Shown here one piece after another: positions 21,906 through 35,872 of a stretch of DNA of 64,000 bases. The translations under genes and the position numbers were made by a program. The notes below the pieces were generated by a model. It saw only the letters and a list, made by a program, of their open reading frames with translations. It was not told where the DNA came from and searched no databases. Source of the stretch: Octopus bimaculoides (lineage: Eukaryota); contig NC_068981.1 in NCBI RefSeq assembly GCF_001194135.2, positions 99,881,214 through 99,945,213 of the forward strand. The letters run 5' to 3'. Numbering within the stretch: position 1 is the stretch's first letter; each line of letters begins with the position of its first letter.

Positions 21906-22874
21906 GAAGAGAACAAGAGTTTAATGTTGAAAGAAATGCTAGTTGCTGTATACTTGTCTCTTTCTGGTTATCATTACCTATGGTTTCACTGACCAGAGTC
22001 AAACTTCCGCAGAGACTTTTGTGCACAACTAATAGATTCATATGAAAAATTGAACTTGTCTTTTAAATAAGACCAGGAAAACATTACAGACGACTACTGT
22101 GTGGTCAAGCACTTTTCTGTTGCCATCATGTCTGGAGAGAATAGTGTTGCATAAATTAGAACAAGTAATGTAGAGAAGTAGAATACAGTAAACTATACAA
22201 TCCAGCACTGTTATCTCTATACTAAGCTTTTTAATGTAAATCAAATGAAAAACATAATTAGGTTGTGAGAAACACAAAGGAGATGAAGGGGAAAATTTAG
22301 AGAATGCTCAACTTCTTTCAGAAAAGACTAGACTTTTAATTGGTTGACTCTCATTCAAAATAATCAATAATGTCTCAATGTTGATCATGACAGTCATTCA
22401 AGTATAGACAGTCAATCTCAGTTGTTGAGTATCAATGTCCTTCAATTATAACCTCACATTGTAGGTTACATAAAAATATTTATTCCAGCACCAGTGCTCT
22501 TCGGAAAGGCATTCTATCAAACTTTCTCACTGAAAGGCATTCTATCAAACTTTCTCTATGTATTTGATTTTTCATGTCAGTATAAAAAAATCAATGTTTT
22601 TGCTGCTGTTGTTCAACCCTAAGTCAATCTTAATTGTGCAGACAGGAACAGTATAATCGAAGATATTCCAGTCTTGTGTCTTTTTAGGGCTATCTAGGCT
22701 AAATTAGCCAATGTGTCCTTCAATTTTTTTAAGGTGATTACAGTATAATTTTTTGGAAATTTTGCTGCTGTTTCTAGCAAGTCAACCAACCACAAAGAAA
22801 CTATTACCATGTTTACCATAAGTGGTTTTGTTGTGGCAAGAAATTACATGGAAATGCTAAAACATTTTTAGCTT

Positions 22875-22946
22875 TCCCATTTGGTCTAGAGGTTAGGATT
22901 CCTGGCTTTCACCCAGACTGCCCGTGTTCAGTTCCTGGCATGGGAA
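22875..22946 (+). pseudogene. trnE-TTC: Second tRNA-Glu(TTC) pseudogene
   Basis: tcccatttggtctagaggttaggattcctggctttcacccagactgcccgtgttcagttcctggcatgggaa. B box and T-arm are degraded. Confidence 0.75.
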
Positions 22947-22964
22947 TGCATCTTTCTGTTAAGC

Positions 22965-23122
22965 ACAGGCATGGCTGTGTGGTAAAGAAGCTTGCTTCTC
23001 AGTTACATGGTTCTGGGTTCAGTCCCACTGCATGGTACTTTAGGAAAGTGTCTTTGACTACAGCCTCAGGCCAATTAAAGCCTTGTGAGTGGATTTGGTA
23101 GGTGAAAACCGAAAGAAGCCTG

Positions 23123-23162
<40 letters not shown>

Positions 23163-23267
23163 ATGCGCATCTTTGTGCTTATGTCTGTTCCCCACCACCA
23201 CTTGACAACCGGTGTTAGTGTGTTTATGTCCTCGTACCATAGCAGGTTACTGAAACAGACCAATAGA
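22965..23267 (+). mobile_element. SINE family A (3'-truncated) downstream of the second tRNA-Glu
   Basis: Same head and core, with a (TG)n expansion. Confidence 0.8.
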
Positions 23268-24019
23268 GGCCATCTTGTCGTTATTGTTCAGAACCAGGCC
23301 AACTCTGATTGAGCAAACATATGAACAAAAACATTCCAGCCATGGCCACCCCGAATTTCTGTATATTTAGGATTTAGGACTGTTGCCCAATAATTACATA
23401 TTTTATGACAGAAGAGTGTGGGTCATGGAAATGTGACTGCTATTACAAACAAATTGAGCACTTGTACAACTGCTTCCTCACCAATTCATTGGCATTGTTA
23501 CTATTACTACTGGTGATTTTGTAATAGCCAGTGGCATTGTAATAGCCAATTAAACTGTTGAAATACTCAGCTGATCAGTTGCCTTAAATCAATATAATTG
23601 GAAATGATATAGTATTATGGGACAGAAATTAAGCATTTCTAAATGAATATGAACCACTAGAAACAACTAGATAATTAAATGAAGAAGCATTTGACCATTA
23701 TTTTGAATTCATGTATTTAATCCTTGACATGGAAATATCATACTCTCTTAAATTCTGTATTCAGTTCTAGATTTAAGAATTCTATTGCTTAAATATTAAT
23801 TTCTGGTTGCTTCTGTTGACCTAAATTATTTAATAGCTTTTAGCAGTGGATTGGCAGACTCATTAAAACATCAGACAAAAATTTAAATGCTTATGGTATT
23901 TCTTCTGGCTCTTTACATTCTAGGTTCAAATCTTAGCCATGGTCAACTTTACCTTTCCTTTTTCTGGAGTTTGATAAAATATGGAAACTGAAAGAAGCTC
24001 ATTATATATATATCATCAT

Positions 24020-24320
24020 CTTCATTGTTTAATGTCTGCCTTCCATGCTAGCATGAGTTGGATGGTTTGACAGGAGCCAGCCAGATAGAAAACTACATCA
24101 GGCTACTGTGTCTGTTTTGGCATCGTTTTTACAGCTGGATGCCCTTCCTAACACCGACCACTCCACAGAAAGGACTGAATGTTTTTTTTGTGGCACCAGT
24201 ACAGGTGAGGCCAGTTTTGGCATGGTTTTTACAGCTGGATGCCTTTCCAAATGCCAACCACTTCACAGTGTGGACTGAATGTTTTTTTTATGTGGCACCA
24301 GTACTAACAGGGTCACTAAG
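24020..24320 (-). mobile_element. RTE 3'-tail fragment
   Basis: catcatc..gtttaatgtctgccttccatgctagcatg..cagctggatgcccttcctaac, with an internal ~75-bp duplication. Confidence 0.7.
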
Positions 24321-24457
24321 TAACTTGCAAGACAAGGAACTTTTGAAAAGGGAAGGGGTATTGGAGGAAGTGATTTTGTGTCAGATGATGAAAGGTTAAA
24401 GTGTGACAGGGAGGTAGAAACAGGTGTCTTGCTATAGAGAAGGTACATGGTTACCCG

Positions 24458-24515
<58 letters not shown>

Positions 24516-25037
24516 NNNNNNNNNNNNNNNNNNNNNNNNNNNNNNNNNNNNNNNNNNNNNNNNNNNNNNNNNNNNNNNNNNNNNNNNNNNNNNNNNNNNN
24601 NNNNAGCAAGCCTCTACAGAGAATCAAATCCTGTACCTCTCAAATCCCGGCTGAGACCCCTCAATTTCCTAAGCTGTCTTTCACAGCCATCCTGTGTTAA
24701 AGAATTCCTTTCTTTTCTGTAGAACACACACATACAAACATGTATGTGCGAGTATTTGGGTGTGTTACTGTCTCCTTGCTTTGACATCGCATGATAGTTG
24801 TAAATGAATGTCACCGCAATGCTATCAGTGTCCTTAGTGTCCTTCATTTGTGAAAACATCTCTGGCCATGAGGAACTATTAACTTACTTGGAACCAGGTG
24901 AGGGTTGGTAACAGGAAGAGCATCTAGCCATAGAAAATCTACCATAGAAAAGCCATCTCAACAAATTCTATCTGACCTACGTGATCAATTGTTCTCACAA
25001 AATTTCAAGCCTTGGGCCTATGTTAGAAATGAAGTAA

Positions 25038-25084
<47 letters not shown>

Positions 25085-25819
25085 AGGATAAGATTGTTAT
25101 TAAAAATACCAATCCTATCAGGTGGCCAGCATGGGAATAAAAACCTCAAAAGGTAATAATTATTATTAAAATTATAATTCAGAGTATCTAAGGAATACCA
25201 CTATGCTTGAAATAGCAGCCATTTATATATATATATATATATACACACACATATATGATATATATATACATATATGATATATATATATGATAAGCATTTG
25301 GACAGCACAAAATTGTTTTCAGTAAATTACCTTCAATCTTAATCACTGATTTCCAGTGAAATTCCTTAGGTTCCTTGTATGGTGTTAGGACTGTATCAAT
25401 ATCGATTAATTTCACAGGTGCAAAATCTTAGATTTAAATGGGAGTGGAAAAGGAAATTATTTGATGTTAATATCTTCTTTATGGACATTAGTGACATCAA
25501 GGGAATAGAAATGGGCTACAACTGAGAAATGGTAGCAGAACTCCAAGCAAATCTAATCTTTGATTTGTTTTGCTGGGAGTTTACATCTATTCTATGACAA
25601 ATCTATAGGAGTTGCAGGCAAAATATAAAAGCTGACACAAAATCAGAAGTGATTTTGTTCGAAATATGTATAGAAGTTTAAATAATACCTATCAAAAAGA
25701 TAATGTGTATGTTTATTTACCAAATGTTAGTCATAGATCTGTATATCAGTGAAACTTGGTAAGAAATATAAGGAGCTAACTGAGGCTTGAAGATCGAGTA
25801 TTAGAAGTTGGATATCTCT

Positions 25820-26178
25820 CTTTTACTCTCTTTTACTCTCTTTTACTTGTTTCAGTCATTTGACTGCAGCCATGCTGGAGCACCACCTTTACTTGAGCAA
25901 ATCGACCTCAGGACTTATTCTTTGGAAGCCTAGTACTTATTCTATCGGTCTCTTTTTGCCGAACCGCCAAGTTACGGGGACATAAACACACCAGCATCGG
26001 TTGTCAAGCGATGGTGGGGTGACAAACATAGACACACAAACACACATATATACGACGGGCTTCTTTCAGTTTCCGTCTACCAAATCCACTCACAAGGCTT
26101 TGGTCGGCCCGAGGCTATAGTAGAAGACACTTGCCCAAGGTGCCACGCAGAGGGATTGAACCCGGAACCATGTGGTTG
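25820..26178 (-). mobile_element. Full-length, young-looking SINE family A
   Basis: CpG-rich and close to the other full copies; (cttttact)n tail. Confidence 0.88.
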
Positions 26179-28899
26179 ATCATATGGAGATGCACTAAAA
26201 TAGTGATATTCTTTTAAAGATGAGATATGAAATGATATTTTTGTATCATCATATCCTTTTATGTGATGCTATTTGGATAAAAGTGATTATGTACTGGAAC
26301 ACATGATCAGTTTCCAGGATGTTGAGAAAATGAGAGATACGTAAGGATGCCCGTTGACATTGTAGGTATTGCTAAAAGATAGCTATGGTCAACTCTGCTT
26401 GAGAAGACATATGCCATAGACACAGCCATTGAATGAAATGTAACACAGACAGTGCATAGAACTTGAACTAACAACAACAAACTAATGATATAATTATATA
26501 GTGCACCTTGTACAGAATTTAGATTCATATATCTATAAAAGGCCTTGAAATCTCAAAGTTTTCTTAAAATTTTAATTTAAATATCTTTACAAAAAAACTT
26601 GATTTTTTTCCTTTAAAGATCAAAACTTATGTGCCCTCACACCACATTGTATTAATTAATTGATAATTATCCCATTAATAATATTAAACCAATTATCCGG
26701 AAAACAATTATACTAATTATAATTAATTATACAGAGCACAAAATTATCTTCTCATTATGCTTTCTTTCCCACTCTTTCTCCCCTCATCTCTCTTTCTTTT
26801 CTATAGCTAGAGCATGGAAATAAATGTTTTTGCTGTAGACATAATGCAGCTGTAGAGATTGCATATGACAATATCAGGCCTTTGGGATGTTAATTGCTCA
26901 GTTAACTGTAACTCTTGCAATACAGAGTTATGAGGATTACTATTTATAATTCTTATAACTAAGTACTAAATGATTTACACAGTAAATCCAAATCAAAGAC
27001 ACCAAGAATGAAAATTTTATTATACATTGGCTAAAATCAGACAAATGATGTAACTAAAGTATTTGATGTTCTGAAGATTTGCTGAATGACAATCAAAATA
27101 ATGAATGTTTTTGTCAAGCAACACTATCAGCCAGATTCTAATTATGAAATATGAAGTTAACATTTCATAGAAGCCAAATTACTCTCAAATAGCACCCTAT
27201 GATTTTATAAACAGAAAGGATACATTAAATAGTGTGTCCTTATATACTATAGTTAAAGGGATAAAGATGGATTACAGCTAGAACACCTTTGACTATAATC
27301 CTGTTGGAAAAAGGCTACCCTGGAGAGCAACAATATGTAACAAGCCTACTGATGGTTACACCACAAAGAATGGTGCCAGTAAAATGAAATTAATCATTTT
27401 TTAATCCAACATCATAAAACAAGACTTCAGTTCTAGTAACCATGATGTTAAGTAAATGACAGACACAATAGGTTAATGAACTTATGCAGCACATGTAAAT
27501 ATTCTTGTGACAAGAACCAAGTGCAGTATTAAAAGCCTGTAAAATTCTCACCAATTCCACTTTATTGCTCTTGCCTGCCTCTTATAAATCACAAATAGTT
27601 AACAATAGATTCATTGTTTACATGTTTGAATCACTGGTTCACTGCATTTCGGACAGTAAGAGTAACAAGGGAGGGCCTGTACCTTGGTGCAGAACAAACA
27701 TCACAACTGATTTTCAACAAAAAGCAACAGTTTTTTTCTTTTCACTGTTGTTTACACATAAACAAATATGAATGCATGTTCACACAAACACATACACAAA
27801 TGTACACATATATACAATAGACTTCTACACAGTTTCCATCTACAAAATTCTGTTCATGAGATATTGGTCAATGCGAGGCTATGTTAGAGGAAATTTTCCC
27901 AAGGTGCTATGAATTGGCATTCAGCCATGTAGTTTCAAAAGAAATTCTTAAATACATGGCCATACCATACTTACAATGCATACTTATAAACAGGCAGATG
28001 TTAATATCGAGAACTGTCTTAACTTTGGACATGAGATAGCATCAACAATAGAATATGAATAGCCAATCTTTTGGCAATTTAACTGTACTTCTCACTCAAA
28101 TAATAATTTTTAAAAAGCCTTTAAAAATATAGGCAAGTGATACCAAATGCAGTTTAATTATTTTATCACTCCTCACATAATTTTGCTTCCTTGACTGATG
28201 AGTAAGAAATGAATTCAGTGCTATGTAAACCAACAGGCATGTCAGTTAAGCAGCAAACTTATTTTTCTTTCCATTAAGCCCCTAATTTTGAGTTGCAGTT
28301 TATCTTTGAATGATGAAGGTTGAAAATACAGAAGAAACAACAGTATAAAAAGGGAAAAATTCAAACAGGTAAATGAAAAAAAAAGTGTGTTAGTATCAAT
28401 TAGCAATTACAGCAACAGAATGGAAAATTTTATTCCATACATAGAAATGAGGCATATAGAAACACAGTGTCATGTTAATGATGATGCCTGAAGCAATAGA
28501 AGATATGCTGTTCTTTAATAGATAATTTGCAACTCAGTTGTAGACAGCATTGTTGTTGGAATAATCTGGATATAGATTACTGATGTGAGAGAGAGATAGA
28601 GAGATTATTTAAATTACTTAGCATTGACAATTAATGATAGTAATAACAATACTTGGGAGTAACTAACACTTCACAAACTATAGCATAGTAAGGATTTAGA
28701 CTATCAATTCAGTCTCATATGTATAAAGATATTTATAATAGCATGTAAATGTGGTCCCGTGCATGTGTTTGCACATATGTATTCCCCAATTCACACACAG
28801 ATGGACAATCTATGTAATGAGTGGTAAAGTAATGTAGTGAACTCCAATCAGACTTTTCTGTTATTTGGTTCTCAAATTTTACATTAAATTGATCCAAGA

Positions 28900-29550
28900 A
28901 AACTAGGCATTCTCAATCCCTGCCAAGACTCATGTCATCCAACATCATATCTCATCAATCTTGACTTTGCAGATGACATCACACTCTTCTCACATGCAGT
29001 CACAAATGCTCAAATTCTCCTCACAAACCTTGAGTCCACTGCCATCAAAGTTGGTCTCTCAATACAAAGGCCACAAATATTGCTCAAAGACAAAGGCTAT
29101 AAATATTGGTGAAAATACTGGTGAGGTTGTTCTTACACTTTTGTTGGGACCCATTGAATCAATTGCCAATTTCTGCTAATATTTGCATGACCTAAATCTA
29201 TGTTTTGTGCTGCAGCAGAATCTGCTCCTCTCTAAGGTTCTGAATGCTGATCTCTTACAGTGACCCAACAGCGATCACTAGATGGATTTTTACTACCCAT
29301 CAGCCAGACAATCAAATAAAGATAGCTAAAATTCACAGACCACTGTTTTCATCACTACACTCTTTTTGATACCCCTGTGGAGACATTCAAGTATAGTGGT
29401 TAGGCCTACATGATATATTTCCATGAAATTATGCAGGACACTGGATTATGAACTGTCTTAGAGTTGGCATACACAATATCACCTTACACAGCCTGGAAGG
29501 AGGCATGTCCTCAAATTGGAGCTGACATTCATGAGTGATGAGGTATAGAC
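28900..29550 (+). mobile_element. Highly decayed non-LTR retrotransposon RT fragment
   Basis: Translates LINLDFADDITLFSHAVTNAQILLTNLESTAIKVGLSI (FADD motif region). Confidence 0.65.
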
Positions 29551-30729
29551 TAAAAAGAAAAAACTATTACTAAGTTGTACTCATACTTTCCTTTGAAAAT
29601 TGAAAACAGGAAATGAAAAAAAAAAATTATTTTCAATGTTTAGTCATAGATTGGATTAATTCCATTTAGATTTGTTTCAAATGATCTCTGAATAGCATAC
29701 TGTTTAATGAATTGTAGCAGATTTCAAGTTATAAGTTCATTGTGGCTATTTCCTTATGTCTTTGGGAAAGGCACTTGACTGTCTATCCCAAATTCTCCAA
29801 CTGCTGGATATAGAAAGATTTCTGGGAGGAAATTTACATAGGATAAAGGATCAAATTATGCCAAAGAAAGATTTGCTTTCAATTTATTTAATGTTATAAA
29901 ACATGAAGGCAAAATAACTGAAATTTTAAAAACTACAATGCAGTTGAAAATGTCTCATAACCTGAGGTTGAGTATGGTGGATATGGTTATAAGTTTAATC
30001 CCTCAGAGTGATACCTTGATAAGTGTCTTCTATCATAACTCTGAGTTGACCAATAAGCTTTGCATAGAATTTGGTAGACAGAAACTGTGTCGAAGTACTT
30101 TGTATGTTGTATGCATGTACAAAAAGCTTCTGTACAATTCTCTTTAGAAATTTATATCCAAATTATTTCAATAATAATGTTGTCTCAGAAAATACAGTCT
30201 ACAACTGAGCTGCTAATTATCTAGCAAAGAACAACATATCTTCTATTGCTCCAGACATTAATATGATACTGTGTTTCTATTCATCTCTTTTCTAGCAATG
30301 GAATAAAATTTCTATTCTGTTTCAGTAATTACGAGATGCCAGTGATAGAATATGTACCAGGAATCTTCAATTTATATGAATGCTGAGCAAAAGTAAGCAG
30401 ACACTGAGAAGCTATGAAACCCAGATCAAGCAGACTTATAATCAAAGACAGGTTGAGAAACTTTGCAAAGAACCCTTTGGAGGCCCATTGTACATATGTG
30501 CAATGGTCTTCATTCATTTCAGTAATACATACACAAATTCCGAATCTTTCCTTCTTTCTTTTATTCAGTGACCATGGGACCTACAATAGTTTCTAAAGCA
30601 AGTGACTAGCATTTTTTTGTTGCAGATTTAGTGTTCATCTTCATGTGTCATGATTGAATGCTTATTCTGTACAACATCCTTATTATGCACTTTCATCAGT
30701 CCAGATTAGCATTTTATGCAGGCAGCAGG

Positions 30730-30781
<52 letters not shown>

Positions 30782-31374
30782 TACAGTTATAGTGTCACTT
30801 TTCCTGTTCAAAGTACAGTGAGCCAGTGACTGGCCTGTAAAAATCCTATAACCAATGATGTTATTGTTTACAAACTGAGATACAAAATGAACTATAAATA
30901 CCCTTTAGTGAGTTGTTGGCTTACCACTAATCTCTTTCTTCATGTTATTTATTGTAGTTAAGAAAACTTGGAAGAGTCCATCTTTCTTCCAAGCCAATGA
31001 CAATTGCCAGAAATACATAAGTACAGAGTATAAGTGAAGTGGATGACTTAAAATAAAAACAAAACAAATCATCATCCAACAGGCTAAGCTTGCCAGAAGC
31101 TTAATTTCACACATTGGTGCTTATAAATGACATGACAACAAAGTGTTGAATCATTATTTCAGATATAAGCTACCAAGAGATATTCTCAACCAGTTGAAAT
31201 AGTAGCCAAATGTCTCTCAAATCATATCTTATTATATATAATAAAAAGGAAAGGCAAGTTTGGAAACAGAAACAATGGGATGGTCATGGTGTCTTTGAGT
31301 ATAGATCAACTTTGAAAGGGTTGACTGGAGCTAAACAACAACAAAGAGTTGTGCATTGGCAGAACTGATGTAGC

Positions 31375-31555
31375 ATTGGAAAAAATGTTGTTAGATACTT
31401 GTTCCAACTCTTTTCACTCTGAGTTCAATTCTTTCTGAGGTCAACTTTATCACCCTAGGGGCGATAAAATATATTACCAGTCTTGTATTGAAGTATATGG
31501 TATTGATTTATCCCACCTCTCTTCAAAATTGCTGGCCTTGTGCCTAAATTACAAA
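31375..31555 (+). mobile_element. SINE family B (degenerate)
   Basis: ctgagttcaattc..gaggtcaactt..cgataaaat..aaaattgctggccttgtgcctaaatt. Confidence 0.65.
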
Positions 31556-32274
31556 CTATATTGCTTAATCATCAATGACCATATAAGATTTTCAGCTTAA
31601 CAGTATTTCAGCTGCCTGAATTCCAGTGCATAGTATTTTGGGGTATTTTGAGTTTTTTCTTTTGATATGTGTATTGTGTGTGAGGTGAGATCGGGGTGAA
31701 ATTACATGTGATTATTTGTTAAAAGAAGCAAATATCTCCCTGAAGCACAAGCATATGTAAAACAAGATTGTTAATCTCTAGTTTTCATAGTATTAAGCAG
31801 ATATAAGATGAATCTTCCTTTGATAAAATGCTGCCATATTGCAAGATGCTTTTGCTACAGAAGGAATTAAATTTAGTACATCAAGCCAAACATAATCCCT
31901 TTGTCAATTTCACAATACTGCTATTAAGTACAGTGATGAATTTACCACTAACAATACCTACTTTATTATGAAATGTGCGAATGAGGGACAAACATTACAA
32001 CCTTAAAGAATGAAACATTGTGAACCTTTGCATTGTACTTGATAACAAATTAGTATGATTACAGCTGCAACACATTTAATCATACGTTCATTGAATCATG
32101 GTTGATCTGGGATTAAGCAATAACTTAGGATGAAAAATTCTCTACACAATCAAGAAATAATAGTCACATCTCCTTTGCACATTACTGTTGTAAAAAGGGA
32201 AGGACACTCTGGCTAGAGTAGTCCTACATACCCTATGTCTGGGAACGGTCACAATGAAGTGGTTTTTAACAATC

Positions 32275-32485
32275 CTTTCTACTTAGGCACAAGGCCTAAG
32301 GTTTTGGAGAGGAGCTAGTTGATAACAGTGATCCCCAGTGCTTAACTGGTACTTATTTCATTAACCTTGACAGAATAAAAGGCAAAGTCAACCTTGATAA
32401 AATTTGAACTCAGAACATAAAGATGGACAAAACACCACAAATCAATTTGTGTGGCATGCTAAAGATTCTATCAACCCACTGCCTT
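32275..32485 (-). mobile_element. SINE family B
   Basis: ggcacaaggcc..ctggtacttatttc..ggcaaagtcaacc..aatttgaactcagaac. Confidence 0.75.
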
Positions 32486-33929
32486 AATGACTTTAATAAT
32501 AGGCTAGCATGATCAAGGCTGATCTGGGTTAAATGACAATAATGTATGATTCAGTTATTGAGGATTATGTATTTTGGTTATAGACACAACTGTGTGCCAA
32601 TGATAGAATATACAATAACAATTTATATGAAATGCTGAGAGCAACTGACGCATAAAAGATATTTGTTGGTGCTGTAAATTAAACCCACCTCCACTACTAT
32701 CAAGGTCTACAGACTGATAATTGTAAACAGACAGCGAGAGAAGATTTGAGAACAGTGGATTTCAGTTAATGAGTTTACAGGGAAAGAAGATCAAGAAGTT
32801 GTGATCTTGATGCACATGACATCAAAATTTAAATGGAAAGAAGCAGCAGGAAATTGTGACCTTCATGTCTTTCTTGTAGATGCTGGTATTGTAAATGGAT
32901 TGATATATATGAAACGAAACAGTCTAGTTTAACATGAATAACTGAGTATTGACTCTAATTTGTTAACAACTTAATTACTGGCACAAGGCCATAAATTTGA
33001 ACTGACCTGCAGTAAATGCCATTAATAAAATATTATTGCTGTCCTACAGCACTCACCAAAATACCTACATAATGAGCACAGCTCTTTGGACAATGATGAT
33101 TTGGCATGGCTGATTGGACATTCGACTTGTTTTGGAACCATGTTTTGATACTGGTGGCAAATGCACAAACACACACACACACATACATACATACAAACAT
33201 ACAGAGAGAGAGAGAGACAGATTACACATACATAAAAAGATGGATGGATGAGAGAGGAGAGAGAGAGAGAGAGACATTACAGATACACACAGATATAACT
33301 AGATGCTCACACACATAAACTACACACACATACATACATACATGCATGAGAGAGGAGGAAGAAACATTAAAATATCTAAAGTCAAATAAATCAGTGGTGA
33401 ATCAGCAACACTACAGAGGTTGTACTGAAATGTCTCATATCCCTATAACTATGCCGATGAGCTAATGAGGGAGGGAGGCTTTATGTGGTTGCTAGACCTG
33501 CTACAAGGACCATTGGATGATGTGGTCTTGGATACACAAATAGGTAACATTGTCAAGGTTGAAACACCTTTCATCGTATGCCTGTCTTCTGAAACAAAAC
33601 TGATCTGTGTTTTGTTTCAGAGAGACAACAACATGCATGATTTTAACAAAAATTTGAAGTCAGAGAATAGCAATTTGTAACATTTATGGATTGCAATAAT
33701 GTGAAATGAACAAAGTTTCACTTGGGAATCAATAATTAGGTTATAGACTCACACAACTATAGTATGAGGGCAAGAGTTAATAAAAATCACAATTCTTTGC
33801 AAGGTTTCAGCTAGAATGTTTCATAGCTTGTAATTAATAATGAAGTGTTGAAAATTTATTTGTTAGTGTAATTATGTTTAGATTTGGTTGATTGAATTTA
33901 TTTCTATTTTAATTTCGTTACCTATTACA

Positions 33930-34310
33930 ATCATCTCTGTTTTTGTTGTCCCTATCACCTTCATTAGTTTCACCAACACATCTCTTCTCATCATCGCCAC
34001 CCCACTACCATCACGATAATTAGCACTATAATTCTAATATTCACTTGTTCATGTTTTTCATCTCCATTGCCACATACGTCATCATCAACATCACCACTGT
34101 CATCATCATCATCACAGTGACCATCACAACAATAATCGTCATCAGCAACAATAATTTAATTAGCATTGTGCACATCACACTTCAGTATTATAACCATTAT
34201 GATAATTACATTCAATACCACTACAACCAGCAATAATTCTACCACAATCACCACCACCATTTATACCTTTATATCATTTATATATTTATATCATCACTAT
34301 CACCACTCTT
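33930..34310. repeat. Degenerate (CAT/CAC)n low-complexity tract
   Basis: Directly visible. Confidence 0.8.
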
Positions 34311-35836
34311 ACCTCACACTACAAACAAGACAGTCTCTATACAGGTGTTAGACCTGCAAGAAATAGCAGCCACATCTTCCTCAAATCACATCCTACTCTT
34401 TTAAAAGAGGGTAAGACTTCCTGAACTGACATGTGGTTTTAGATGTAAAGTATTTGAATAAAATACAGAATGGTCATGGATGGAATGTCTTTGATCATAG
34501 ATCTGCCCAATCATGGCTGAACAACAATACAACAATAGCAGATACACCATGCACCTACCTCTCATGCCATTAATTCTACCTCAAAACTAAGTACTTTTCT
34601 CCAGTTCTTCCTTCCCAAAATGTATGCTATTAAAGCTCATTCATTGATCATGTTTTGACCTCAACCACAAACTGCCAAAAGTTCAAACTAAATATTAATC
34701 CTTTGATCCTCCAAATATACTTCACAGAACATGATCTTGTTCAACTGTACCCCTGGAAGATGCAAAAGTAGGCAGCCACATGGTTTTTGTGTTCATGTGC
34801 AAAAAATAATGTTTCTACCTTATTAATGGGCTGTAAACACAAAACCATGGGGGTCCACTTGCTTTTGTGTCTTTCTAAATTGCACCCATTAAAGCATACT
34901 CACAGGTTCAAATGGTTAAACTACTTTAATCCCATTGAAGTTAATTTCCCCCATAATGCATTCTCAATGATCTAAAAGGCTTGTTGGTGATATGAAAAGT
35001 TTAATTCTCCTGTTCTTTAGGTGTTTTAGTTATCAGAGACAAGATGATGTTGAAGCAACATGGTCAAACTTTTACTCTTCTCCTCACTGACTAATAAAGT
35101 TGTTGATCCTCTCTGAGACCGCATAACCTAGTAGAAATAGGAGTCGAATCTCCCTCAAATTATACTCTATTGTCTAATAAAAAATATAAAAAGATATGGC
35201 AGTGTGGTCCTTGATATACCAAACTACAAAATAATTACAGCTGGAACATGTTTTGCCATGGCAGCCAATTTTCCAAATGAACAAGGAAACTATATTTTCA
35301 CTGGATTTGTAAAATTGATAATGCAGCTCTTGACAGAAGTATCACCACTTTATGGTGATGAGACAGGATTTGAACACAGACATTATGGAGCTTCCTGCAT
35401 GTCATCGTGTGTTGTGTTCTAACAATTAAAGCAATCTGCAATTGTTAGAACATCAGCCTTTTGTTTTTATCAAACCTGAAAGGATAAAAGGTAAAGTTAC
35501 CTCAGTGAGATTTGAACTCAAATTGTAGAGACCCAGAACAAGTATTGCAGGGTGTTCAATCCAACAATCTAACTCTACCAATTCCCCACCTTTCATCATA
35601 GCTCTATTTAGTTAGCGTTAATAAATAAACTATTAACATCATCATCAAATAAATTTAATGTCATCCTTTATAATAGAATATGTAGCTCTGCTCTAACCAA
35701 CTTTTATTGAAACAACACACACACACACACACATATATATATATTTACACAAATATACTTGTATAAATCCATTTGTTCTGTGAGCGTGGAAAATATATGC
35801 ATAGGATATATATGTATGTGTGGGTGTATAAATATT

Positions 35837-35872
<36 letters not shown>

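Noticed and set aside
30485-30506. 22-bp near-palindrome ccattgtacatatgtgcaatgg with overlapping short ORFs on both strands
   Set aside because: Too short to interpret, and the ORFs show no recognisable homology.
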